Part shown: in pieces, positions 7,186 to 16,225 of the stretch
Numbering within the stretch: the stretch's first letter is position 1
Layout of the letters: the number at the start of each line of letters is the position of its first letter
IMG/VR virus record: IMGVR_UViG_3300035192_000069
DNA from: a virus
Reading direction: 5' to 3' (one strand)
DNA length: 52,079 bases
Notes under the pieces: model-generated
Databases searched by the model: none
Told to the model about the DNA's origin: nothing
What the model saw: only the letters and a program-made list of their open reading frames with translations
Program-made: the position numbers and the translations under genes

Positions 7186-7517
7186 TTTGATGCCTTTCTG
7201 TCGCGAATTGCGACGTTTAAATTTCGGAGTTCTTTCCGCATATTGAATTCCTCAGTAGATTTTGAGCTTCGCCGTATATCACCATATGAAACACTACATT
7301 TCCAACACAATGGAATTTCTGACTTCATAGGAATAATTCTACGGCCGCACAATGAACATGACGGAGACTTTCTTTTTATGCCGCGTCTTATTCTAGCATT
7401 TACTACTGAGCTTGAATCGATATTTAGTTTTCGAGCCAATTCTTTGTCATATACCTCACCAAGTGGTTGTTCATCCCAATTTATTCCTTTTTTAGCCGCC
7501 ATTGTTTTGCCATGCAT
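7182..7517 (-). CDS. Putative DNA-binding protein (HTH-like N-terminus plus CxxC..CxxC zinc ribbon)
   Basis: CSLCGRR...CWKC; start coupled as TAATG. Confidence 0.5.
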   Translation of the reverse strand: MHGKTMAAKKGINWDEQPLGEVYDKELARKLNIDSSSVVNARIRRGIKRKSPSCSLCGRRIIPMKSEIPLCWKCSVSYGDIRRSSKSTEEFNMRKELRNLNVAIRDRKASK

Positions 7518-7723
7518 TAGTCCATCCCTCCTTGTTTCCGAATGTAGTCTCTAGATATCCATCCGAGGCGCTCCATTGCCTTCCGGGCAGTATCGGCTTT
7601 ATCCGGGTCGATTCTTGGCTGTTCTGATGATGCCTTAGAGAATCGTCTCTCAAGCATCCTTATTTTCGCTTCCAATAGGATAATATATTCCCTGTCGGTC
7701 AGGAGTCCCTGTTCAATAGTCAT
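7517..7723 (-). CDS. Hypothetical protein
   Basis: Start MTIEQGLL overlaps the dnaB stop (TGATG). Confidence 0.45.
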   Translation of the reverse strand: MTIEQGLLTDREYIILLEAKIRMLERRFSKASSEQPRIDPDKADTARKAMERLGWISRDYIRKQGGMD

Positions 7724-9024
7724 CAGTATTCCGCCTCCCCAGCCCGCTGGTAATCGCCAACGTGCATATGCTGTAGGTCGCAATGCAGACACAGTTTGCC
7801 AGTCCGCCCATGCGAATTCTTCGCGATGATAAAAGTCAGCTCGTTCTCATCCTTCGATTCGTCGTAATACCTCGGACGATGAAGCAACCAGACCACGCGC
7901 GCGAGCTGTTCGAGCTCTCCGGTCTGTCGGAGATCGCCCAGCTCGGGAATTTTTGAAGACCGCTTTTCCGTCTCTCGGCTGAGTTGGTGTAGGCAAAGCA
8001 CTGGGATGTTCAACTGTTTCGGAATCTCGACAATCGTTCGAGCGGCCGCCGTTGTGGATTCATAGAGATCCTTGCCCTTGTCACGGAGATGCCCGAGGTG
8101 GTCGAGTACCAGTAGGTCAAGACCGTGCTCCTCAGCGTGCTTAAATGCGACATTTCGGACATCGGCCGATGTTATTGACGTGGTGTCGTCAATCCAGATT
8201 GGAAGACATCCCACGACATCACGAACATTGTGAAGTAGTGTTCGCTCTTCAAAAAACAACCGTTTGGCGACGATACGGTCGAGTGCGACATTCGCAAAAC
8301 GCGCAAATAACCGGTACAGAACGAAGCGTCGTGAATCCTCAGGACTGACAATCAGTACACGCTTGCCCGCCAACGCCGCGTTGGCAGCAATATTGAGGGC
8401 GAGGGTGCTTTTCCCCATTGACGGCCGTGAAGCCAATACGCTGAGCAACCCGGGCCACAACCCGCCAAATTCGGCGTCGATAGTGCCAATGCCGGTTTTA
8501 ATCAATCCGGCCGGTTCACCCTGCTCTTCGAGTTCCTGAAGTGTGCTGTCTATCAGGCTTGCGACTGAAATGGCGTTAGCGTTTTTGGTTTGCTGGTCGG
8601 CAACACCGGTCACCGCGGCCCGGGCCCGAGCGAGGAAATCAGGAGTGTCGATGGACTGCTTGCTCCCCTCCTCAACGATATTCATCGCAGCCTGCATCAT
8701 CACACGGCGGCGTCCTATCTCCCGAAGCTCGTTGAGATAGTGATCGAAGTTTGCGGTCGTGGGCAATTCATCAGCAAGATGGTTTAGCCCCTCCATACCA
8801 CCGACAAGGCGCTTCTCGTCGTCCCCAAGAGCCGAAAACAGTGTGACCGGGTCAACTGGCTTACCTTCCACCAAGAGAGACTGTGTCGTTCTGTAGATGG
8901 TCTGATGCGGTATGTGATAGAAATCATCGGCCTCCAGTTCTGCAAAGAACCGTCCGAGTCGGTTATCCACGATGACGGCACCGAGCACGGCCCTTTCGGT
9001 CTCTATGCTGCGTGGAAGCTGCAT
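7723..9024 (-). CDS. dnaB: Replicative DNA helicase, DnaB family
   Basis: The N-terminus LPRSIETERAVLGAVIVDN is typical of DnaB. The Walker A motif is SRPSMGKSTLALNIA. The start overlaps the upstream stop (TAATG). Confidence 0.9.
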   Translation of the reverse strand: MQLPRSIETERAVLGAVIVDNRLGRFFAELEADDFYHIPHQTIYRTTQSLLVEGKPVDPVTLFSALGDDEKRLVGGMEGLNHLADELPTTANFDHYLNELREIGRRRVMMQAAMNIVEEGSKQSIDTPDFLARARAAVTGVADQQTKNANAISVASLIDSTLQELEEQGEPAGLIKTGIGTIDAEFGGLWPGLLSVLASRPSMGKSTLALNIAANAALAGKRVLIVSPEDSRRFVLYRLFARFANVALDRIVAKRLFFEERTLLHNVRDVVGCLPIWIDDTTSITSADVRNVAFKHAEEHGLDLLVLDHLGHLRDKGKDLYESTTAAARTIVEIPKQLNIPVLCLHQLSRETEKRSSKIPELGDLRQTGELEQLARVVWLLHRPRYYDESKDENELTFIIAKNSHGRTGKLCLHCDLQHMHVGDYQRAGEAEY

Positions 9025-9773
9025 TAGGTGTCCATCCCGTATTTGACTGGAGCCAGTTTCAGTTTTGACTGTTCGGCCTGTTTCCGGATCGTGTTCTTCA
9101 GACAGTTCATCAACCACTGGTGCAGCTTGTTCCGGCCGTTGATGTCATACACTGGATCGTTGGGTGATTTGCTCGTTGAGATGTCTTCGAGCCATCGCAT
9201 CTGATCACCATCGAGCTGCACAAGGTAGATTTTCGCTTGCTGCACCCATGCGATGGCGTCCTGGGTTGAGCAATCGGGCCACGCGGTCAAAATGAATCTT
9301 GCGATATTTTGGTCTTCCAAGCTCGGAAGAAACTCCAATGCTTCATCGATTGGCTGTAGATCGACTTTCGATGTCTCCTCAACTTGATCCTTCGATGTAT
9401 TATTGTTTTTATATATATATTCTGTCTCTCCCTCTCCCTCTATCTCTGTCTCTGGATCAGCACATTGCTCCACTTTTGCTAGCAAGCTGTTATCATCATA
9501 AATAATCCAATGTTTTAGCTTCCGTATATGTCCTGCTAGCACTGTGCTATCAATTCGCAAGCGCCATGCTATCTCATCGAGTGACGGCAAATTTCCGACC
9601 TTCGCCTTATCCTCTGCTGCAAGCATCCAGAGAAGAACGAGTGTCTTCACGACGTCACCCTCAAGATCGTTGAACTCTTTGTCGTCCAGGAGCTTGCGAT
9701 GAAGTTTTATCCATGGCGGACATCTGTCCTTGTAATGTTGAAATTCGTGCCAGTTTTTAATTCTTAAAGTCAT
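9024..9773 (-). CDS. Replication initiator / replisome organiser (lambda-O / DnaD-like)
   Basis: The N-terminus is MTLRIKNWHEFQHYKDRCPPWIKLHRKLLDDKEF. It sits directly upstream of dnaB. Its acidic linker is encoded by an AT/polypyrimidine tract. Confidence 0.6.
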   Translation of the reverse strand: MTLRIKNWHEFQHYKDRCPPWIKLHRKLLDDKEFNDLEGDVVKTLVLLWMLAAEDKAKVGNLPSLDEIAWRLRIDSTVLAGHIRKLKHWIIYDDNSLLAKVEQCADPETEIEGEGETEYIYKNNNTSKDQVEETSKVDLQPIDEALEFLPSLEDQNIARFILTAWPDCSTQDAIAWVQQAKIYLVQLDGDQMRWLEDISTSKSPNDPVYDINGRNKLHQWLMNCLKNTIRKQAEQSKLKLAPVKYGMDT

Positions 9774-9825
9774 GGCGTACCTGCGAACAGCTTGGAGTAT
9801 CCACCCATAATCGAGCCCCCTCTGC

Positions 9826-10044
9826 TTACGCCATCGAGGTATCACTCGGCTGTTCGGTTGCAGTTGGAAACGCACTCGAATCAATCCACTCTTCAATATC
9901 CGATTCTCGATATCGAACAGAACATCGAATGCCATCTCCGAACTTGAAGGCCTTCAGTTTTCCCTCTCTGGTCCATCTACGAATTGTATCGACATGAATT
10001 GATAATCTATCGGCCACTTCTTGTGCGGTGAGCAGTTTTGACAT
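9826..10044 (-). CDS. Excisionase / AlpA-MerR-type HTH protein
   Basis: LLTAQEVADRLSIHVDTIRRWTREGKLKAFKFG...YRESDIEEWI, with an AGGAGG SD, adjacent to attP. Confidence 0.65.
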   Translation of the reverse strand: MSKLLTAQEVADRLSIHVDTIRRWTREGKLKAFKFGDGIRCSVRYRESDIEEWIDSSAFPTATEQPSDTSMA

Positions 10045-10222
10045 ATCGGCATACCTCCTGCGCAATAGCGCAAATTAACTGCTCAAAATGTATGACTGGC
10101 GGGTTGGAAAATATCCTTTTGATTTCTGGGGCGAATTCAAAAGCAAAAAATTGGTGGCAGTATTGCTCCAAATACGTAAAACAAATGGCGGCAAAAAAGT
10201 GCACATACTGCGCATAAAATGT

Positions 10223-10251
10223 TTGACAGGCAAATTTTCGGTGAGTAGGGT
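10223..10251 (+). promoter_or_regulatory. Candidate sigma70-type promoter reading through attP toward int
   Basis: TTGACA, a 17-nt spacer, then TAGGGT. Confidence 0.3.
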
Positions 10252-10302
10252 TAAGATATGTTCAGAAACGGCGCAAATCAGGAATTTTTAGCGACCCTAG
10301 TT

Positions 10303-10347
10303 TTCCTAAACCGAGGGTCGCAGGTTCGAGTCCTGCTGGGCGCGCCA
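10303..10347 (+). other. attP core: 3' portion of a tRNA-Arg(CCU), from the anticodon loop to CCA
   Basis: The loop is TTCCTAA and the T-arm is GCAGG-TTCGAGT-CCTGC. The acceptor 3' strand is TGGGCGC-G-CCA. No matching 5' acceptor or D-arm exists upstream. Confidence 0.75.
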
Positions 10348-10386
10348 AACAAAACATCAAAAAAACCAAATAAATACGAGGATATA

Positions 10387-10402
10387 CTGAAAATATTTTC
10401 AG
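10387..10402. promoter_or_regulatory. Perfect 16-bp palindrome between the attP core and int
   Basis: CTGAAAATATTTTCAG. Confidence 0.5.
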
Positions 10403-10607
10403 GGATGGTCCATGGCCTCAGAACGTCAATCTCGCTCCAAAACTACATATTTTCTGTCAGTCTTGATCGTTTTCTGAATATCTGGCAATTCCTGGAAATT
10501 TGCATTCTTTTCGAAACGATACATGCTTATCATCTGCGAAACAAATCGAAGACTTGGCGGGGAATACAGGTGGCACTGGTGCGCCAAATCAACAGGAAAG
10601 GTGCGAG

Positions 10608-11717
10608 ATGAGTAAGCATGTAAGACAGTCAAAACCCGCCAGGCATGGCAATCAATGGCAAATCAGATGGACCGATGAAACGGGACATAGGCGAAGCGAG
10701 ACGTGGAGCAACTACGAGGACGCCGAGCACGCCTTAGTGACTCACAAACTCCACGTGATGGAGATACGCCGTGGTCTCCGAGTAAGACCACCCAAGAGCC
10801 GTGGCTTTGAGGAACTGTGCCGGCAGTGGCTCGAGATACGCACAGTCAAAAAGCGCACTCCAAAGGACGACACATCAATTATCAGGGTGCATCTGCGGCC
10901 GACCTTCGGCCATTTGGATATCGACCAAATCACTGCTGAACGCATCGATATTTTTTCGGCGGCGCTTTCAGCGAAGCGTGCACCACAGACGGTGAGAAAC
11001 ATTCTAATTCTTCTGGGGGCCATGTTGAGACAGGCGGTAGAGTGGGGGTGGCTCTTGGGCGTTCCTAAGATTCATCTTCCACGAGTTCGACTATTTCCTG
11101 CTGACTGCAAATGGCTACGCACTATCGATGAGCGAGATCAATTCCTGCGCGCGGCGCAAAATCACGCATTGCAGGTTGTCTACCCTATGTACGCCACCGC
11201 TGTGCACACCGGAATGCGCGCCGGCGAGCTCGCGGGTTTACAGTGGCAAGATATAGACTTCGAGCGTCGCCTTATTACCGTTCAAAGGTCATATGGTGGC
11301 CCTACAAAAAGTGGTGATATCCGACGCATACCAATTGGTGACGGCCTACTTCCCATTCTGCGGGAGTGGCGGCTGGCCTGCGGCAACCGGCTGGCGTTTC
11401 CGAATACTGCCGGTCAGATGTGGGATCCGCGCGGGCGTATTTTCAAGACAGTATTCCAAAAAGTGCTTCAGCTCGGCGGATTCCCGCCGAAACATATCAC
11501 CTTCCATTCGTTGAGGCACACGTTCGCGAGCTATTTCTTGATGAATGGTGGCGACTTAGAAGGCCTACGACGGATTCTTGGTCACAAAGACTCGAAGACA
11601 ACCCAGCGGTATGCCCATTGGCGGCCCGATGCCTTTGACAAGTACTGGGGAATCATGGGGCCAACGAAGTGCCACGACGGCGAGGTGATCGAGATGCGCA
11701 AGAAGGAGGAGGCATGA
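10608..11717 (+). CDS. int: Tyrosine recombinase (phage integrase)
   Basis: The C-terminal motifs are HSLRHTFASYFL...LGHKDSKTTQRYAH. The start MSKHVRQ follows AGGAAAGG. The gene lies next to the tRNA-fragment attP. Confidence 0.92.
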   Translation: MSKHVRQSKPARHGNQWQIRWTDETGHRRSETWSNYEDAEHALVTHKLHVMEIRRGLRVRPPKSRGFEELCRQWLEIRTVKKRTPKDDTSIIRVHLRPTFGHLDIDQITAERIDIFSAALSAKRAPQTVRNILILLGAMLRQAVEWGWLLGVPKIHLPRVRLFPADCKWLRTIDERDQFLRAAQNHALQVVYPMYATAVHTGMRAGELAGLQWQDIDFERRLITVQRSYGGPTKSGDIRRIPIGDGLLPILREWRLACGNRLAFPNTAGQMWDPRGRIFKTVFQKVLQLGGFPPKHITFHSLRHTFASYFLMNGGDLEGLRRILGHKDSKTTQRYAHWRPDAFDKYWGIMGPTKCHDGEVIEMRKKEEA

Positions 11718-11947
11718 ACACCGAAGAGACAATCAGGGCTGAACGAGAAGCTATAGTCAAGCACCTCGGCAAAAAAGCCACAGAGCACCGTTTGAAGGCC
11801 GTTGTAATTCGGGCACGTACCGAGAAGGGAACCCTTAGTGTCGAGTTTGACACTTGGATCGCTCACACGCATAAGATGCAAGCCAGCGAGCTCGACCGCA
11901 TGTCCCTTCATATCCTAACCGGTCGCCACGTGGAGAGCGCAGAATGA
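11714..11947 (+). CDS. Hypothetical protein
   Basis: ATGA overlap with the int stop; 77 aa. Confidence 0.5.
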   Translation: MNTEETIRAEREAIVKHLGKKATEHRLKAVVIRARTEKGTLSVEFDTWIAHTHKMQASELDRMSLHILTGRHVESAE

Positions 11948-12636
11948 ACACCGCCCCCGCCATGCGCCCCGACGACGAGCTGCTCGACGACTTCGCCCTG
12001 GCCGCGATGGACTTCGAAAACGTCGATGAAGGCCCGGCAGCCAAGGCGCTGCGCAAAGCTTTCGATGCGATGCGGGAAGCCGTCGAGATTGCTCGCCAGG
12101 AAGAGCAGGCGGCAGCGTGGTGGACAAAGAAGGTAAATGACTGGGTAGCCTGGTCGCGAATAAAAAAGCCAGAGACGCGGCGACGTGCTGCGTCTCTGAT
12201 ATGTCGAGACTTCGACGATATTCCCACCGCTATTGATTTCCTCACGTGCCCCCCATTGGACAGTCTTTCTATCCTTTCCCTGTCCGATGGGGGGCGCATC
12301 CCCACCAACGCCTACGAAGCTTTCGCGGCGCGTCGACGTGGGGCACTGGCTGATGAGCTTGAGCTCGCCGAGAGGCGAGGCCCGGTGGAGCGATACACCT
12401 ACCGGTTGCGCATGTTGCGCGGACTGGGGGAGTCGAGAACGAAGATATACCGATGGCGAAGCCTTGTAGGTCGATGCGGGTTTCGTCTTCTCAATAAGTC
12501 CGCTGATACACCCCAGGAGGCGCCCCTGGGGATTCAGATTAAACCACTCGTCCGCGTTCGTCGGGCGACAACACCGGGGGTGAACAATGACGCACTATCT
12601 AGTGACGGTATGGCGCGGGCCAGAGATGGTCCGTGA
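11944..12636 (+). CDS. Hypothetical protein
   Basis: 230-aa ORF with an ATGA overlap. Confidence 0.5.
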   Translation: MNTAPAMRPDDELLDDFALAAMDFENVDEGPAAKALRKAFDAMREAVEIARQEEQAAAWWTKKVNDWVAWSRIKKPETRRRAASLICRDFDDIPTAIDFLTCPPLDSLSILSLSDGGRIPTNAYEAFAARRRGALADELELAERRGPVERYTYRLRMLRGLGESRTKIYRWRSLVGRCGFRLLNKSADTPQEAPLGIQIKPLVRVRRATTPGVNNDALSSDGMARARDGP

Positions 12637-12781
12637 GCTTTGGAACGAAATCGAAAAACATGGCCAGTGTGAGACTTCTGCAAAGGTTTACGCACTGCAA
12701 CTTGAGCGAGATTTCGATGATTTCGAATACACGGTCCGACCAGTAACGGATCAGGAGCTACGGGAGGCAATAACTGCATGA
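12587..12781 (+). CDS. Hypothetical protein
   Basis: 64 aa with a GGGGGTG SD. Confidence 0.45.
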   Translation: MTHYLVTVWRGPEMVRELWNEIEKHGQCETSAKVYALQLERDFDDFEYTVRPVTDQELREAITA

Positions 12782-12960
12782 GGGATGGATATTACGTAAT
12801 CATAGGAAGCGATGAATTTTGGTGCCCGACAAGGGCGTGCGCCAAGGAGACACAGCGAGTATTTGGCGGCGAGATCATCACTGCCGCAGAAAGGGATAGG
12901 AGATGGGCACAACAAGCAAGGAAGTTAAGGACAGCATTGCCATGCATCTCACAACGATAG
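12778..12960 (+). CDS. Hypothetical protein
   Basis: 60 aa with an ATGA overlap. Confidence 0.4.
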   Translation: MRDGYYVIIGSDEFWCPTRACAKETQRVFGGEIITAAERDRRWAQQARKLRTALPCISQR

Positions 12961-13166
12961 TTTCGGAGGCAATCGATTACTTCGAGGCCAGCGGCGAAAG
13001 GATCGAAGAGGCGGTAGGGAAATTCAATCGCGCCAGGACAGGTGTCCTGATGGCGATGAAAGAATCGAACGAGATGAGACCCGGGGATTCCGTCTCGATG
13101 AAGTTGTATGAGGCTTGCGGTTTCATTGAGAGCGGCATCGAGCTGCTGACGGGGGTTAAGGCATGA
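12903..13166 (+). CDS. Hypothetical protein
   Basis: 87 aa with an AGGAG SD. Confidence 0.5.
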   Translation: MGTTSKEVKDSIAMHLTTIVSEAIDYFEASGERIEEAVGKFNRARTGVLMAMKESNEMRPGDSVSMKLYEACGFIESGIELLTGVKA

Positions 13167-14575
13167 AGGTCATTCATTTTCGGATGCAAAACGTACTTGG
13201 CCTTAAACTCCTCGAGGTCGAGCCGGGGAAGATCACGGTTTTCGAGGGCGAGAACGGAACAGGCAAGACTTCGGTCGTGGAGGGGCTCCAAACTTTTTTC
13301 TCGAAACGATCGCTTAAGAGCCTGAAGAACATCGACGCCGGCGACGAGGAGGCCGAGATCGTTCTCACATTTGAAGGAGAGGACGGCCGCGTCATCGCCA
13401 AGCGTGGTGAGAACGCCATCACGGTGAAACGTCAAGTTGGTGATACAGCGGCGTTTGAGAAAGTCCCCTGCCCAGCACAGTATCTTCTGGACATTGCTCC
13501 AAGGGGAGCCGTGTTGAATCCAGTCAAGTTTCTTAGCACCGACGATAAAGAGCGGATCGACATGATTCTGAATGCTCTACCGGTGGAGTTCAACGAGAAT
13601 GATTTCTGGGCAAGTATCGGCCTGAACCCGGTGGACTACGACCCAGCACCGGCCACCGCGCACCCCCTCGTCAAGGTGGGGCTGTATCGCAAAAGCATCT
13701 TCGACCGTCGCACCTCGATAAACAGGGATGCAACACAGAAGCGCGGCGCGTGCGATCAGACGCGGCGCAAGGTCCCCATGGAGATCCCCACGGTGGAGGG
13801 GGTGGAGGACAAACGCGAAGAGCTCATACAGCTCAAGACCCGGCATGCACAAAGTGTTGCAAACATCAGCAATACCGCTCGCAGTGATGAAGCGCAAATC
13901 AAAGCGGAAATAATTCATGCCGAGCAATTGGCCCGTTCAGAGATCAGCGCATTCCAGCAAATGGTCTACCGCGAGGCAGAGGAAAGAATTGCCGCAAAAC
14001 AGCGAGAGTTGGATGAAACTCTCCAGGAGAAGAGGAAAGCCGCAGAGCAGCGCATCGTGGTAATCCATGCGGCACGGGACGCCTCGATGGAAAACATCAA
14101 CAAGCTACTACCCAAAATCGAATCGCTCGCCGAAGAGATCGGCACCATGAACGAGCGTGTGAAAGATGCCGAGCGCATCAGACAAACTCACGAAATTGCC
14201 GATGGATTCGAATCGGAAGCGATTGCCCTCGAGGAGGATGCCAAGGCGCTCACTGCGGCCCTTTCGAGACTGGAAGCCTATAAGGCCCAGATGGTCGAGA
14301 ACCTACCAATCCCGGGGCTCGACATCACGGATGGAAAGGTCACCGTGGACGGTGTCCCATGGCCCCAAGTCAACACGGCCCGGAGAATATCGATTGCCGT
14401 GCAGGTGATCTGTCTCCGCTTCGGTGATGCGAAGTTCAAGCCCGTATTCATGGACGGTGCGGAAGCACTAGACTCCAGGTCCATGGAGATTCTAGAGGCC
14501 GAGCTCGAACGGTATGGCGCCCAAGGGTTCATCGCCCGGGTGGCAGACGAGAACCGGATCAGGAAGGTGGGGTGA
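13163..14575 (+). CDS. SMC/RecF/Rad50-like AAA ATPase with a coiled-coil middle
   Basis: The Walker A motif is FEGENGTGKTSVVEGL. The centre is long and helical. The C-terminal region DGAEALD looks like a Walker B/D-loop. Confidence 0.7.
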   Translation: MKVIHFRMQNVLGLKLLEVEPGKITVFEGENGTGKTSVVEGLQTFFSKRSLKSLKNIDAGDEEAEIVLTFEGEDGRVIAKRGENAITVKRQVGDTAAFEKVPCPAQYLLDIAPRGAVLNPVKFLSTDDKERIDMILNALPVEFNENDFWASIGLNPVDYDPAPATAHPLVKVGLYRKSIFDRRTSINRDATQKRGACDQTRRKVPMEIPTVEGVEDKREELIQLKTRHAQSVANISNTARSDEAQIKAEIIHAEQLARSEISAFQQMVYREAEERIAAKQRELDETLQEKRKAAEQRIVVIHAARDASMENINKLLPKIESLAEEIGTMNERVKDAERIRQTHEIADGFESEAIALEEDAKALTAALSRLEAYKAQMVENLPIPGLDITDGKVTVDGVPWPQVNTARRISIAVQVICLRFGDAKFKPVFMDGAEALDSRSMEILEAELERYGAQGFIARVADENRIRKVG

Positions 14576-14745
14576 TGAAAAAGAACAAGACATTGGTCTC
14601 AAACAGGAGAAAACGGAGAAGCACAGCCAAGTACCTGGAGGGTGGTGGTGAATCTCAATACGCCAGGAAAAAAGCATATTGCCACAAAAACGGCGTGTGG
14701 GGTTTTGAGGTACCCGATCCCAAGCCGTGGAGGTCAAACAAATGA
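14575..14745 (+). CDS. 56-aa basic protein (absent from the ORF track)
   Basis: MKKNKTLVSNRRKRRSTAKY...; TGATG overlap upstream and ATGA overlap downstream. Confidence 0.45.
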   Translation: MKKNKTLVSNRRKRRSTAKYLEGGGESQYARKKAYCHKNGVWGFEVPDPKPWRSNK

Positions 14746-15872
14746 ACCAAGAGATACAACAATACCAACCGCCCGCCATCGAGATGGGCGGCGATACAAG
14801 CATGGTGCAGGCGGCCGAAACCATATCGAGCGTCTTGGCCGCGCAGGCCGAAGCGGAGGTAAAGGCCCGCTACATCGTGGCGATGCAGCGACCGCGCAAT
14901 ATCGAGCGGGTTCGGCAAGCACTCAAGCAAGAATGCGAGAGACCGGGTTTCTCGGATGTCGCTTTCTATCGCCTGCCCCCTCGCAGCAAAAAACGAGATG
15001 CGAAACCAATCCAGGGACTATCCGTCCGGTTTGCCGAAGCGGCATTCAGGGCGATGGGCAATCTCGACATGAAGGCTATCGTCACCTACGAGGACGACGA
15101 GATGAGGATTCTCCGGGCCACTGTCATCGACATCGAAAGTAACGCCGCAGTCTCCACCGATATCCCTGTCAAGAAGACTATCGAAAGGCGATACCTGAAG
15201 GATGGAGAAACAGCCATCTCGCAAAGGCTTAACTCAGATGGGAAGGTCGTTTATCTGCGACGGGCAACCGATGATGAAATCACCCCAAAGCAGAACTCGG
15301 CGATCTCCAAGGCATTCAGGAACGGAATACTTCGGTTGTTGCCCGGAGACATCCAGGACGAGTGCGAAAGGCGGATTCTACAGATCCGTCAAGGCGCCGT
15401 GCCAACTGACCCCAAAGAGCAGGTTCGAAGGGTCATTGACTCCTTCGGTTCCATCGGGGTCGATGCAGACGACTTGGTGAAATACCTCGGGCACAAGGTG
15501 GAGACCTGCTCTCCCGCCGAGCTCCAGGGGCTACGCGATCTCTACAGCGCGATACGAGCGGGTGAGACGACCTTTCATGAGGAGCTATCGGCCCGGGAGG
15601 AGCCCGAAGAACCCAAGAAGACAAAGACCGAGCAGCTCAAGGACAGCTTGAGAAGCGAGGTAGACAGAAAGCTAAACCGATTGCGCGATGATGCCGTCGA
15701 CATGGCCAAGGAGATCTGGGGTGATGATGCCATCCTCAAGCTCGGACAGCATGTCCGCAAGCACGGTGTTTCCTCCATTGGCAGCGCCGATGAACCGACC
15801 TTGCAGAAAATAATCGATGAATTCAACAGCATGCTCAGCGGAGCATTGAGTGAGGAGACAGACAAGAAATGA
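14742..15872 (+). CDS. Putative single-strand annealing protein (RecT/Red-beta-like)
   Basis: The start follows GGAGG. The motif is AEVKARYIVAMQRPRN...GLSVRFAEAAFRAMGN. It sits between the ATPase and exonuclease genes. Confidence 0.5.
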   Translation: MNQEIQQYQPPAIEMGGDTSMVQAAETISSVLAAQAEAEVKARYIVAMQRPRNIERVRQALKQECERPGFSDVAFYRLPPRSKKRDAKPIQGLSVRFAEAAFRAMGNLDMKAIVTYEDDEMRILRATVIDIESNAAVSTDIPVKKTIERRYLKDGETAISQRLNSDGKVVYLRRATDDEITPKQNSAISKAFRNGILRLLPGDIQDECERRILQIRQGAVPTDPKEQVRRVIDSFGSIGVDADDLVKYLGHKVETCSPAELQGLRDLYSAIRAGETTFHEELSAREEPEEPKKTKTEQLKDSLRSEVDRKLNRLRDDAVDMAKEIWGDDAILKLGQHVRKHGVSSIGSADEPTLQKIIDEFNSMLSGALSEETDKK

Positions 15873-16225
15873 GTTGGGAAGCAATGGATCTATGCCTGAT
15901 CAATGGCGGTAAAGCCGTGCATGATGTCAATCATCATCTTGGAGAGGCTATCAAAGATATTCTCGATATGAACAAGCCGGCCGTAAATATGAGAAGGGTA
16001 ACGCTCACGATAAAGCTTGTTCCGACTGAGGATAGGCAGCAAGCCGCTATTGAATACACCGTCGAAACCAAATTTCCGTCCGAAACCCCGGGCGTAGATA
16101 TGATCGGAATACAACGCGAAACAAAGCGTGGATTCCTAAACAAGTCAGAGCAACTGCCAATTGATTTTGACCCCATCACAGGAGAGGTATCTCCCATGAT
16201 AAGAACGGAGAAAACCAATGATTAA
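15869..16225 (+). CDS. Hypothetical protein
   Basis: 118 aa with an ATGA overlap. Confidence 0.5.
   Translation: MSWEAMDLCLINGGKAVHDVNHHLGEAIKDILDMNKPAVNMRRVTLTIKLVPTEDRQQAAIEYTVETKFPSETPGVDMIGIQRETKRGFLNKSEQLPIDFDPITGEVSPMIRTEKTND

Noticed and set aside
10270-10347. A complete 78-nt tRNA gene
   Set aside because: The 3' half is a good tRNA-Arg(CCU). There is no GCGCCCA 5' acceptor strand and no D-arm, and only 3 of 5 anticodon-stem pairs form. I interpret it as an attP core fragment, not a functional tRNA.
11835-12308. 157-aa antisense ORF opposite 11944-12636
   Set aside because: It is Ala/Arg/Ser-rich shadow ORF content in a GC-rich stretch. The plus-strand ORFs are translationally coupled to int.
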